Shown piece by piece: positions 1-14,175 of a stretch of 64,000 nucleotides of DNA (position 1 is its first letter; every line of letters starts with the position of its first letter). The stretch spans positions 62,001-126,000 of the forward strand of contig JASTWF010000349.1 of NCBI GenBank assembly GCA_030390025.1, written 5' to 3'. Source of the DNA: Squalus acanthias (lineage: Eukaryota). The translations under genes and the position numbers were made by a program. Under the pieces are notes generated by a model. It did not search any database and had not been told where the DNA came from. It saw only the letters and a list, made by a program, of their open reading frames with translations.

Positions 1-3000
1 CAGTATTCATTACCCCACGATCGACAGTATTAAATACCCCACGATCGACAGTATTAAATATACTGCGATCGACAGTATTCAATACCCCACGATCGACGGT
101 ATTAATTACACCACGATCGACAGTATTAAATACACCACGATCGACAGTATTCAATACACCACGATCGACAGTGTTCAATACCCCGCGATCGACGGTGTTC
201 AATACCCCACGATCGACGGTGTTAAATACCCCACGATCGACAGTGTTAAATGCCCCACGATCGACGGTATTAAATACACCGCGATCGACGGTATTAAATA
301 CACCGCGAACGACAGTATTAAATACACCACGATCGACAGTACTAAATACCCCACGATCGACGGTATTAAATACACCACGATCGACGGTACTAAATACCCC
401 ACGATCGACGGGGTTAAATACCCCACGATCGACGGGGTTAAATACCCCACGATCGACGGGGTTAAATACCCCACGATCGACGGGGTTAAATACCCCACGA
501 TCGACGGGGTTAAATACCCCACGATCGACGGGGTTAAATACCCCACGATCGACGGGGTTAAATACCCCACGATCGACGGGGTTAAATACCCCACGATCGA
601 CGGGGTTAAATACCCCGCGATCGACGGTATTAAATACACCGCGATCGACGGTATTAAATACACCGCGATCGACGGTGTTAAATACACCGCGATCGACGGT
701 GTTAAATACACCGCGATCGACGGTATTAAATACACCGCGATCGACGGTGTTAAATACACCGCTATCGACGGTGTTAAATACACCGCGATCGACGGTGTTA
801 AATACACCGCGATCGACGGTGTTAAATACACCGCGATCGACGGTGTTAAATACACCGCGATCGACGGTGTTAAATACACCGCGATCGACGGTGTTAAATA
901 CACCTCGATCGACGGTGTTAAATACACCACGATCGACAGTATTCAATACACCACGGTCGACCGTATTAAATACACCACGGTCGACCGTATTAAATACACC
1001 ACGGTCGACCGTATTAAATACCCCACGATCGACGGTATTAAATACACCACGATCGAGGGTATTAAATACACCACGATCGACAATATTAAATACACCGCGA
1101 TCGACAGTGTTAAATACACCACGATCGACACTATTCAATACACCACGATCGACAGTGTTCAATACCCCACAATTGACGGTGTTAAATACCCCACGATCGA
1201 CGGTGTTAAATACACCGCGATCGACGGTATCAAATACACCGCGATCGACGGTATCAAATACACCGCGATCGACAGTGTTCAATACCCCACGATCGACGGT
1301 GTTCAATACCCCACGATCGACGGTGTTAAATACCCCATGATCGACAATATCAAATACACCGCTATCGACGGTATCAAATACACCGCTATCGACGGTGTTA
1401 AATACACCGCGATCGACGGTGTTAAATACACCGCGATCGACGGTATTAAATACACCGCGATCGACGGTATTAAATACACCGCGATCGACGGTGTTAAATA
1501 CACCACGATCGACGGTGTTAAATACACCGCGATCGACGGTATTAAATACACCACGATCGACGGTGTTAAATACACCGCGATCGACGGTATTAAATACACC
1601 ACGATCGACAGTATTAAATACACCGCGATCGACGGTGTTAAATACACCGCGATCGACGGTGTTAAATACCCCACGATCGACGGTATTAAATACACCACGA
1701 TCGACAGTGTTCAATACCCCACGATCGACGGTGTTAAATACCCCATGATCGACGGTATTAAATACCCCACGATCGACAGTATTCAATACACCACGATCGA
1801 CGGTATTAAATACACCACGATCGACAGTATTAAATACCGCACGATCGACAGTATTAAATATCCCACAATCGACGGCATTAAATACACCGCTATCAACAGT
1901 ATTCATTACCCCACGATCGACAGTATTCATTACCCCACGATCGACAGTATTAAATACCCCACGATCGACAGTATTAAATACACTGCGATCGACAGTATTC
2001 AATACCCCACGATCGACGGTATTAATTACACCACGATCGACAGTATTAAATACACCACGATCGACAGTATTCAATACACCGCGATCGACAGTGTTCAATA
2101 CTCCACGATCGACGGTGTTAAATACACCGCGATCGACGGTATTAAATACACCACGATCGACAGTGTTCAATACCCCGCGATCGACAGTATTCAATACACC
2201 ACGATCGACGGTATTAAATACACCACGATCGACAGTATTAAATACCCCACGATCGACAGTATTAAATATCCCACAATCGACGGCATTAAATACACCGCTA
2301 TCAACAGTATTCAATACCCCACGATCGACAGTATTCAATACCCCACGATTGACGGGTTTAAATACACACCGATCGACTGTATTAAATACACCACGATCGA
2401 CAGTATTCATTACCCCACGATCGACAGTATTAAATACCCCACGATCGACAGTATTAAATACACTGCGATCGACAGTATTCAATACCCCACGATCGACGGT
2501 ATTAATTACACCACGATCGACAGTATTAAATACACCACGATCGACAGTATTCAATACACCGCGATCGACAGTGTTAAATGCCCCACGATCGACGGTATTA
2601 AATACACCGCGATCGACGGTATTAAATACACCGCGAACGACAGTATTAAATACACCACGATCGACAGTATTAAATACACCACGATCGACAGTACTAAATA
2701 CCCCACGATCGACGGTATTAAATACACCACGATCGACAGTACTAAATACCCCACGATCGACGGGGTTAAATACCCCACGATCGACGGGGTTAAATACCCC
2801 ACGATCGACGGGGTTAAATACCCCACGATCGACGGGGTTAAATACCCCACGATCGACGGGGTTAAATACCCCACGATCGACGGGGTTAAATACCCCACGA
2901 TCGACGGGGTTAAATACCCCACGATCGACGGGGTTAAATACCCCACGATCGACGGGGTTAAATACCCCACGATCGACGGGGTTAAATACCCCACGATCGA

Positions 3001-6000
3001 CGGGGTTAAAAACCCCACGATAGACGGTATTAAATACACCGCGATCGACGGTATTAAATACACCGCGATCGACGGTATTAAATACACCGCGATCGACGGT
3101 ATTAAATACACCGCGATCGACGGTGTTAAATACACCGCGATCGACGGTGTTAAATACACCGCGATCGACGGTGTTAAATACACCGCGATCGACGGTATTA
3201 AATACACCGCGATCGACGGTGTTAAATACACCGCTATCGACGGTGTTAAATACACCGCTATCGACGGTGTTAAATACACCGCTATCGACGGTATTAATTA
3301 CACCACGATCGACAGTATTAAATACACCACGATCGACAGTATTCAATACACCGCGATCGACAGTATTCAATACACCGCGATCGACAGTGTTCAATACTCC
3401 ACGATCGACGGTGTTAAATACACCGCGATCGACGGTATTAAATACACCACGATCGACAGTGTTCAATACCCCGCGATCGACAGTATTCAATAAACCACGA
3501 TCGACGGTATTAAATACACCACGATCGACAGTATTAAATACCCCACGATCGACAGTATTAAATATCCCACAATCGACGGCATTAAATACACCGCTATCAA
3601 CAGTATTCAATACCCCACGATCGACAGTATTCAATACCCCACGATTGACGGGTTTAAATACACACCGATCGACTGTATTAAATACACCACGATCGACAGT
3701 ATTCATTACCCCACGATCGACAGTATTAAATACCCCACGATCGACAGTATTAAATACACTGCGATCGACAGTATTCAATACCCCACGATCGACGGTATTA
3801 ATTACACCACGATCGACAGTATTAAATACACCGCGATCGACGGTGTTAAATACACCGCGATCGATGGTGTTAAATACCCCACGATCGGCAGTATTAAATA
3901 CACCACGATCGACAGTGTTCAATACCCCACGATCGACGGTGTTAAATACCCCACGATCGGCGGTATTAAATACCCCACGATCGACAGTATTCAATACACC
4001 ACGATCGACGGTATTAAATACACCACGATCGACAGTATTAAATACCGCACGATCGACAGTATTAAATATCCCACAATCGACGGCATTAAATACACCGCTA
4101 TCAACAGTATTCAATACCCCACGATCGACAGTATTCAATACCCCACGATTGACGGGTTTAAATACACACCGATCGACTGTATTAAATACACCACGATCGA
4201 CAGTATTCATTACCCCACGATCGACAGTATTAAATACCCCACGATCGACAGTATTAAATACACTGCGATCGACAGTATTCAATACCCCACGATCGACGGT
4301 ATTAATTACACCACGATCGACAGTATTAAATACACCACGATCGACAGTATTCAATACACCGCGATCGACAGTGTTCAATACTCCACGATCGACGGTGTTA
4401 AATACACCGCGATCGACGGTATTAAATACACCACGATCGACAGTGTTCAATACCCCGCGATCGACAGTATTCAATACACCACGATCGACGGTATTAAATA
4501 CACCACGATCGACAGTATTAAATACCCCACGATCGACAGTATTAAATATCCCACAATCGACGGCATTAAATACACCGCTATCAACAGTATTCAATACCCC
4601 ACGATCGACAGTATTCAATACCCCACGATTGACGGGTTTAAATACACACCGATCGACTGTATTAAATACACCACGATCGACAGTATTCATTACCCCACGA
4701 TCGACAGTATTAAATACCCCACGATCGACAGTATTAAATACACTGCGATCGACAGTATTCAATACCCCACGATCGACGGTATTAATTACACCACGATCGA
4801 CAGTATTAAATACACCACGATCGACAGTATTCAATACACCGCGATCGACAGTGTTCAATACTCCACGATCGACGGTGTTAAATACACCGCGATCGACGGT
4901 ATTAAATACACCACGATCGACAGTGTTCAATACCCCGCGATCGACGGTGTTCAATACCCCACGATCGACGGTGTTAAATACCCCACGATCGACAGTGTTA
5001 AATGCCCCACGATCGACGGTATTAAATACACCGCGATCGACGGTATTAAATACACCGCGAACGACAGTATTAAATACACCACGATCGACAGTACTAAATA
5101 CCCCACGATCGACAGTACTAAATACCCCACGATCGACGGTATTAAATACACCACGATCGACAGTACTAAATACACCACGATCGACAGTACTAAATACCCC
5201 ACGATCGACAGTACTAAATACCCCACGATCGACGGGGTTAAATACCCCACGATCGACGGGGTTAAATACCCCACGATCGACGGGGTTAAATACCCCACGA
5301 TCGACGGGGTTAAATACCCCACGATCGACGGGGTTAAATACCCCACGATCGACGGGGTTAAATACCCCACGATCGACGGGGTTAAATACCCCACGATCGA
5401 CGGGGTTAAATACCCCACGATAGACGGTATTAAATACACCACGATCGACGGTATTAAATACACCACAATCGACGGTATTAAATACACCGCGATTGACAGT
5501 ATTCAATACACCACGATCGACGGTATTAAATACACCACGATCGACAGTATTCAATACACCACGATCGCCGTTATTAAATACACCACGATCGACGGTATTG
5601 AATATCCCACGATCGACAATATTCAGTACCCCACGATCGACGGTATTAAATACACCACGGTCGACCGTATTAAATACACCACGGTCGACCGTATTAAATA
5701 CCCCACGATCGACGGTATTAAATACACCACGATCGAGGGTATTAAATACCCCACGATCGACAGTATTCAATACCCCACGATCGACGGTATTAAATACACC
5801 ACGATCGACGGTATTAAATACCCCACAATCGACGGCATTAAATACACCGCTATCGACAGTATTCAATACCCCACGATCGACGGTATTAAATACCCCACGA
5901 TCGACGGTATTAAATACACCGCGATCGACAGTATTCATTACCCCACGATCAACAGTATTAAATACCCCACGATCGACAGTATTAAATACACTGCGATCGA

Positions 6001-9000
6001 CAGTATTCAATACCCCACGATCGACGGTATTAAATACACCACGATCGACAGTATTAAATACACCGCGATCGACGGTGTTAAATACACCGCGATCGACGGT
6101 GTTAAATACACCGCGATCGACGGTGTTAAATACACCGCGATCGACGGTGTTAAATACACCGCGATCGACGGTGTTAAATACACCGCGATCGACGGTGTTA
6201 AATACACCGCGATCGACGGTGTTAAATACACCGCGATCGACGGTGTTAAATACACCGCGATCGACGGTGTTAAATACACCGCGATCGACGGTATTAAATA
6301 CACCACGATCGACAATATTAAATACACCGTGATCGACGGTGTTAAATATCCCACGATCGACGGTTTTATATACCCCACGATCGACAGTATTAAATATCCC
6401 ACGATCGACAGTATTAAATACACCACGATCGACAGTATTCAATAACCCACGATCGACGGTATTAAATACACCACGATCGACAGTATTCAATACCCCACGA
6501 TCGACAGTATTAAATACACCACGATCGACAGTATTAAATACACCACGATCGACAGTATTAAATACGCCACGATCGACAGTATTAAATACGCCACGATCGA
6601 CGGTATTAAATACACCGCGATCGACGGTATTAAATACACCGCGATCGACTGTATTAAATACACCGCGATCGACTGTATTAAATACACCACGATCGACAGT
6701 ATTAAATACACCACGATCGACAGTATTAAATACACCACGATCGACGGTATTCAATACACCACGATCGACGGTATTCAATACACCACGATCGACGGTATTA
6801 AATACCCCACGATCGACGGTATTAAATACACCGCGATCGACAGTATTCAATACCCCACGATCGACTGTATTAAATACACCGCCATCGACGGTATTCAATA
6901 CCCCACGATCGACGGTATTAAATACACCGCGATCGACAGTATTAAATACCCCACGATCGACAGTATTAAATACACCACGATCGACGGTATTAAATACACC
7001 GCGATCGACAGTATTAAATACACCACGATCGACAATATTAAATACACCGCGATCGACAGTGTTAAATACACCACGATCGACAGTATTCAATAACCCACGA
7101 TCGACGGTATTAAATACACCACGATCGATAGTATTCAATACCCCACGATCGACAGTATTAAATACACCACGATCGACAGTATTAAATACGCCACGATCGA
7201 CAGTATTAAATACGCCACGATCGACAGTATTAAATACGCCACGATCGACAGTATTAAATACGCCACGATCGACAGTATTAAATACACCACGATCGATAGT
7301 ATTCAATACCCCACGATCGACAGTATTAAATACCCCACGATCGACAGCATTAAATACGCCACGATCGACAGTATTAAATACGCCACGATCGACAGTATTA
7401 AATACGCCACGATCGACGGTATTAAATACACCACGATCGACGGTATTAAATACCCCACGATCGACGGTATTAAATACACCGCGATCGACGGTATTAAATA
7501 CACCGCGATCGACTGTATTAAATACACCACGATCGACAGTATTAAATACACCACGATCGACAGTATTAAATACACCACGATCGACGGTATTCAATACACC
7601 ACGATCGACGGTATTCAATACACCACGATCGACGGTATTAAATACCCCACGATCGACGGTATTAAATACACCGCGATCGACAGTATTCAATACCCCACGA
7701 TCGACTGTATTAAATACACCGCCATCGACGGTATTCAATACCCCACGATCGACGGTATTAAATACACCGCGATCGACAGTATTAAATACCCCACGATCGA
7801 CAGTATTAAATACACCACGATCGACGGTATTAAATACACCACGATCGACGGTATTAAATACACCACGATCGACGGTGTTAAATACACCGCGATCGACGGT
7901 ATTAAATACACCACGATCGACAATATTAAATACACCGCGATCGACAGTGTTAAATACACCACGATCGACACTATTCAATACACCACGATCGACAGTGTTC
8001 AATACCCCACAATTGACGGTGTTAAATACCCCATGATCGACGGTGTTAAATACACCGCGATCGACAGTGTTCAATACCCCACGATCGACGGTGTTCAATA
8101 CCCCACGATCGACGGTGTTAAATACCCCATGATCGACGGTATTAAATACACCACGATCGACGGTGTTAAATACACCGCGATCGACGGTATTAAATACACC
8201 ACGATCGACAGTATTAAATACACCGCGATCGACGGTGTTAAATACCCCACGATCGACAGTATTAAATACACCACGATCGACAGTGTTCAATACCCCACGA
8301 TCGACGGTGTTAAATACCCCACGCTCGACGGTATTAAATACCCCACGATCGACAGTATTCAATACACCACGATCGACGGTATTAAATACACCACGATCGA
8401 CAGTATTAAATACCCCACGATCGACAGTATTAAATATCCCACAATCGACGGCATTCAATACACCGCTATCAACAGTATTCAATACCCCACGATCGACAGT
8501 ATTAAATACCCCACGATCGACAGTATTAAATACACTGCGATCGACAGTATTCAATACCCCACGATTGACGGTATTAAATACACACCGATCGACGGTATTC
8601 ATTACCCCACGATCGACAGTATTCATTACCCCACGATCGACAGTATTAAATACCCCACGTTCGACAGTATTAAATACACTGCGATCGACAGTATTCAATA
8701 CCCCACGATCGACGGTATTAATTACACCACGATCGACAGTATTAAATACACCACGATCGACAGTATTCAATACACCGCGATCGACAGTGTTCAATACTCC
8801 ACGATCGACGGTGTTAAATACCCCACGATCGACGGTGTTAAATACACCGCGATCGACGGTATTAAATACACCACGATCGACAGTGTTCAATACCCCGCGA
8901 TCGACAGTGTTCAATACCCCACGATCGACGGTGTTCAATACCCCACGATCGACGGTGTTAAATGCCCCACGATCGCGGTATTAAATACACCGCGATCCAA

Positions 9001-9888
9001 CGGTATTAAATACACCGCGATCGACGGTGTTAAATACACCGCGATCGACGGTATTAAATACACCACGATCGACAATATTAAATACACCGCGATCGACGGT
9101 GTTAAATACACCGCGATCGACGGTATTAAATACACCGCGATCGACGGTATTAAATACTCCGCGATCGACAGTATTAAATACACCGCGATCGACGGTATTA
9201 AATACACCGCGATCGACGGTATTAAATACCCCACGATCGACAGTATTAAATACACCGCGATCGACGGTGTTAAATACACCGCGATCGACGGTATTAAATA
9301 CACCACGATCGACAATATTAAATACACCGCGATCGACAGTGTTAAATACACCACGATCGACACTATTCAATACACCACGATCGACAGTGTTCAATACCCC
9401 ACAATCGACGGTGTTAAATACCCCATGATCGACGGTGTTAAATACACCGCGATCGACGGTATCAAATACACCGCGATCGACAGTGTTCAATACCCCACAA
9501 TCGACAGTATTAAATACACCGCGATCGACAGTATTAAATACACCGCGATCGAAGGTGTTAAATACACCGCGATCGACGGTGTTAAATACACCGCGATCGA
9601 CGGTGTTAAATACACCGCGATCGACGGTGTTAAATACACCGCGATCGACGGTGTTAAATGCACCGCGATCGACGGTATTAAATGCACCGCGATCGACGGT
9701 ATTAAATGCACCACGATCGACGGTATTAAATGCACCACGATCGACGGTATTAAATGCACCACGATCGACGGTATTAAATGCACCACGATCGACGGTATTA
9801 AATGCACCACGATCGACGGTATTAAATGCACCACGATCGACAGTATTAAATACACCGCGATCGACGGTGTTAAATACACCGCGATCGA
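1..9888. repeat. 24-bp tandem satellite (consensus ~TAAATACACCRCGATCGACRGTRT), ~410 copies, running off the left edge; intronic to the ACP2-like gene
   Basis: Continuous 24-nt periodicity with a near-invariant CGATCGAC core; ends abruptly at ~9888 before a TG-rich tract and the exon acceptor at 9985. Confidence 0.98.
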
Positions 9889-9889
9889 G

Positions 9890-9935
9890 TTATGCATGTG
9901 TGTCTGTTTGTATGTATTTGTTTGTGCGTGTGTGT
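9890..9935. repeat. Imperfect (TG)n-rich microsatellite
   Basis: tatgcatgtgtgtctgtttgtatgtatttgtttgtgcgtgtgtgt. Confidence 0.7.
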
Positions 9936-9985
9936 AATTCACTTGAATAATTCTGAGCTATTCTAAGTTTGCTCTCTGTTCCCAG

Positions 9986-10089
9986 CACGACTCAACAGTC
10001 ACAGCACTTCAAGTGGCTCTGAACGTTTACAGCCTTGCTCCTCCATATGCTGCCTGCCACATATTTGAGCTCTACCAGGAGAATGACGA
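9986..10089 (+). CDS. ACP2: Internal exon of a histidine acid phosphatase (lysosomal acid phosphatase ACP2-like) carrying the catalytic HD motif
   Basis: Pyrimidine tract plus CCCAG acceptor (9981-9985), then [34 protein letters not shown], which resembles ACP2 [34 protein letters not shown]; donor GTAGGT at 10090, phase 2. Not in the ORF track (no ATG). Paralogue identity (ACP2 vs ACP3/ACP4) is not certain. Confidence 0.9.
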
Positions 10090-10366
10090 GTAGGTCCTGG
10101 CACAGGTTTATAAATCCATGCCCTGCATACTGTGAGATCAGGCTCCATTTCACCAGGACTCTGTCTCTCCTTGGTCTGTTCTGTCCACTAATTGTAGAGG
10201 AAGATACTAGACCGTGATCTGCATTCACTGACACTGGGTCCGCACGTCTTAGCTCTCATTCCTGCTGCAAACCGAGATGCTCATGAGGCTAGCAGACCCT
10301 TTGATCCATCAAACTGTTAGCTTTTGTTAAGAACTTGGGGATGAGAAGTCAGATTGGACCGAACCT

Positions 10367-12434
10367 TTGTATCTGTCTTCACGGTAGAAGGCACAAAAAA
10401 CATTCTGGAAAGAATGGGGAACCAAGGGTCTAGAGAGAATGAGGAACTTAAAGAAATCAGTACAAGTAAAGACATAGTACTGGAGAAATGAATGGGACTA
10501 AGTGGCGACAAATCCTTGGGTTTGAAAGAGGTAGCTGTAGAGATAGTGGATGCACTAGTATTAATCTTCCAGAATTCCCTAGATTCTAGAACAGCCCCCA
10601 AGGATTGGAAGGTAGCAAACATAACCCCGCTATTTAAGAAAAGAAAAAACAGGGAACCATATGCTAGTTAGCCTGATATCAGTAGTAGGCAAAATTACAT
10701 AGGATATACGGCACAGAAACAGGCCATTCGGCCCAACCAGTCCATGCCGGCATTTATGCTCCACACGAGCCTCCTCCCGTCTTTCCTCATCTAAATCTAT
10801 CAGCATAACCCTCCCAGAGGGTTGTCCAGCCTCCCCCTAAATGCATCTATACTATTCTCTTCAACCACTCCCTGTGGTAGCGAGTTCCACATTCTCACCA
10901 CTCTTTGGGTAAAGAAGTTTCTTCTGAATTCCCTATTGGATTTCTTGGTGACTATCTTAGATTGGTGGCCTCTAGTTATGCTCTTCCCCACAAGAGAAAA
11001 CATTCTCTGTATCCACTCTATCAAAACCTTTCATAATTTTATAGACCTCTATTTTATTGACCTTTTTTCAAGAGAAAAGAGACCCAGCCTGTTCATCTAG
11101 AATCTATTATTAGGGATGTGGTAACAGGGCACTTACAAAATCATAATATGATTGGGCAGAGTCAACATGGTTTTCTGAAAGGGAAATCGTGTTTGACAAA
11201 TCTGTTGGTGTTTTTTGAAGATGTAACTAGTAGGATGGATAAAGGGGAACCAGTGGATGTGGTGTATTTGGATTTTCAAAAAGCATTTGATAAGGTGCCA
11301 CACAAGAGGTTATTACACAAAATTAGGACTCATGGGATTGGGAGTATATATTAGCATGGATTGAGGATTGTTTAATAGACAGAAAACAGAGAGTAGGAAT
11401 AAACAGGATGTTTTCGGGTTGGCAGGCTGTAACTAGCGGGGTACCGCAAGGATCACTGCTTGGGCCTCAGCTATTTACAATCTATATTAATGACTGAGAT
11501 GAAGGGACTGAGTGTATTGTATCCAAGTTTGCTGCTGATACAAAGTTAGGTGGGAAAGTAAGCTGTGAGGAGGACACAAAGAGGCTGCAGAGAGATATAG
11601 ACAGGTTGACTGAGTGGGCAGGAACAAGGCAAATGCAATACAATGTGGGGAAGTGTGAAGTTATCCACTTTGGTAGGAAAAACAAAAAAGCAGAATATTT
11701 TTTGAATGGTGAGAGACTGGGAAATGTTTGCATTCAGAGGGACCTGGGTGTCCTTGTATATGAATCACAGAAAGTGAACATGCAAGTACAGCAAGCAATT
11801 AGGAAAGCAAATGGTATGTTAGCTTTTGTTACAAAGGGATTAGAGTACAAGAGTAAAGAAGTCTTACTACAATTATACAGGGCATTGGTGAGGCCACACC
11901 TGGAGTACTGTGTACAGTTCTGGTCTCCTTACCTAAGGAAAGACATACTTGCCTTAGAGGGAGTGCAGCGAAGGTTCACTAGACTGGTTCCTGGGATGAG
12001 GGGATTGCCCTATGAGGACAGATCGAGTAGACTCGGCCTATATTCCCTAGAGTTTAGAAGAATCAGAGGTGATGTCATTGAAACATATACAATTCTTACA
12101 GGGTTTGACAGGGTAGATGCAGGGAGGATGTTTTCCCTGGCTGGGGAGTCTAGAACCAGGGGTCACCGTCTCAGAATAAGGGGTAGGCCATTTAGGACTG
12201 AGATGAGGAGAAATTTCTTCACTCAGAGGGTGGTGAATCTTTGGAATTCTCTACCCCAGAGGGCTGTGGAGGCTCAGTCATTGAATATATTCAAGACAGA
12301 GGTTGGGAACGAAAGGAATTAAGGGCTATTGGGATAGTGCGGGAAGGTGGAGTTGAGGTCAAAGATTAGCCATGATCTTCTTAAATGGTGGCGCATGGTG
12401 GCCAACTCCAGCTTCTATTTCTTATTTTCTTATG
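10367..12434 (+). mobile_element. 5'-truncated, decayed CR1-type LINE (RT region to 3' tail), intronic
   Basis: ORF fragments QHGFLKGKSCLTNLL..VDVVYLDFQKAFDKVPH and LYRALVRPHLEYCVQFWSP..FFTQRVVNLWNSLP with stops and frameshifts; short T-rich repeat tail at ~12410-12434; visibly homologous to 62490-64000. Confidence 0.93.
10697..11096 (-). mobile_element. Antisense CR1 3'-end fragment nested inside the + strand CR1
   Basis: Minus-strand translation TRGH..FRRNFFTQRVVRMWNSLPQGVVE; interrupts the host CR1 between GTAGGCAAAATT and CTAGAATCTATT, which are contiguous in the CR1 copy at ~62843-62872. Confidence 0.85.
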
Positions 12435-12589
12435 AACCAAAAAAAGTAGACAGCAAGGCTAATGTTTGTGGTCAACTGTTACCCAGAAATAGAAGCAAAA
12501 TAAAAGGATCACAGGAGAAGTGCTTGGAGCCTATGGCAATGGGGAAGGACAAAGGTTTTCATCAATACATTAGGGAAAAGAGAATCATT

Positions 12590-13577
12590 AATCAAAAATG
12601 GGGCCAGTCTGGGGAGAGACCAGGAAAATGGGACCGGTCTCTGGAGATATAGAGCAGGAATGTGGGACTGGTCTGGGGGGGAGAGAGAGCAGGAAAATGG
12701 GACCGATCTCAGGAGAGAGACAGCAGGAAAATGGGACCAGTCTGTTGGGAGAGTGAGCAGGAAAATGGGACCTGTGCCGGGAGAGATAGAGCAGGAAAAT
12801 GGGACCGGTCTGTGGAGAGTGTGTGTGTGTGTGAGAGAGAGGAAGGAGGAAGGTCTGAGGATAGGAACAGAGCAGGAAAATGGGACCAGTCTCGGGAAAT
12901 ATAGAGCAGGAAAATGGGATTGGTCTGGGGAGATATAGAGCAGGGAAATGGGAACAGTCTGGCGGGGAGAGAGAGTGCGGACAGGAAAATGGGACTGGTC
13001 TGGGGGGTGGGGAGAGAGAGAGCAGGAAAATACAACCAGTCTGCAGAGAGAGAGAGAGAGAGAGCGCGATAGAGGAAGGTGGGACTGGTCTGGGGATAGA
13101 TATAGAGCAGGAAAATAGGACCGGTCCCGGGAGATATACAGCAGGAAAATAGGACCGGCCCCGGGAGATATAGAGCAGGAAAATAGGACCGGTCCCGGGA
13201 GATATAGAGCAGGAAAATAGGACCGGCCCCGGGAGATATAGAGCAGGAAAATAGGACCGGTCCCGGGAGATATAGAGCAGGAAAATAGGACCGGTCCCGG
13301 GAGATATACAGCAGGAAAATAGGACCGGCCCCGGGAGATATAGAGCAGGAAAATAGGACCGGTCCCGGGAGATATAGAGCAGGAAAATAGGACCGGCCCC
13401 GGGAGATATAGAGCAGGAAAATAGGACCGGCCCCAGTAAGATATAGAGCAGGAAAATAGGACCGGTCCCGGGAGATATAGAGCAGGAAAATAGGACTGGT
13501 CTTGACAGAGAGCGAGCAGGAAATTGGAACCCGTCTAGGCATGGAGAGAGAAGAGGGGGGGGGGGGGGGGGGGAGGG

Positions 13578-13618
<41 letters not shown>

Positions 13619-13720
13619 AAAATGAGACTAGTCAGGCTTGAGAGGGAGAAGAAAAATGGGACCGTTCTGGGCGAGAGAGGGGGGAGAAAATGGGACTGGT
13701 CTTGGGAGAGAGAGGAAAAT
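12590..13720. repeat. Purine-rich 34-bp minisatellite (GAGATATAGAGCAGGAAAATAGGACCGGTCCCGG), homogeneous core ~13100-13500, degenerate flanks with (GA)n and poly-G
   Basis: About 12 near-identical units in the core; AGCAGGAAAATGGGAC variants on both sides; poly-G/(GA)n at ~13545-13615. Confidence 0.9.
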
Positions 13721-13823
13721 GTGATTCTGTAAAATCCACCCCCTGAGAGGGGGCTAAATTGAGCACTGGGAGGAAGGCACAATGGCCTCCCCCTGTTCTA
13801 AAACTTGCATGTGGCTTTTGCAG

Positions 13824-13999
13824 GACCTACACTGTGGAGATGTACTACAGGAATGACAGTAATTCTGAGGCACACCTTCTCACTCTGCCGTCCTGCACCA
13901 AAAGCTGCCCCTTACGCACATTCATCAAACACACCAGAAGGGTGATCCCGGAGGACTGGAAGGAGGAATGCCAGGCTCACCGTGGCAGAATCAGAATAG
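13824..13999 (+). CDS. ACP2: Penultimate exon of the ACP2-like acid phosphatase
   Basis: TTTTGCAG acceptor; GA+G completes Glu in phase with the previous exon; TYTVEMYYRNDSNSEAHLLTLPSCTKSCPLRTFIKHTRRVIPEDWKEECQ resembles ACP2 NFSVEMYFRNES..LSLPGCPHRCPLQDF..VVPKDWQQECQ; donor GTAAAG at 14000, phase 1. Confidence 0.92.
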
Positions 14000-14175
14000 G
14001 TAAAGCAATGAAGAACAGCTTGGTAACGTCACTGACAGGTGACTAGACCAGTGATGGGTTGGGACGTTCCTCTCTATATTCTATCATTGGCCACGCCATC
14101 CAATCTGATATGTGGCTCTATTCCAGTTTCTTGGGCTGCAGGGTCAGCACCACTCCCCCTGCTCATTCCGCATGC

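Noticed and set aside
171..9950. Long ORFs of NTPRSTVL / IDGIKYTA / YLTPSIAV repeats (up to 766 aa)
   Set aside because: The 24-bp unit is a multiple of 3 and stop-free in several frames on both strands; no unique N- or C-terminal domain; lies in an apparent intron.
12709..13782. 357-aa minus-strand ORF
   Set aside because: Translation of the 34-bp minisatellite and (CT)n tracts.
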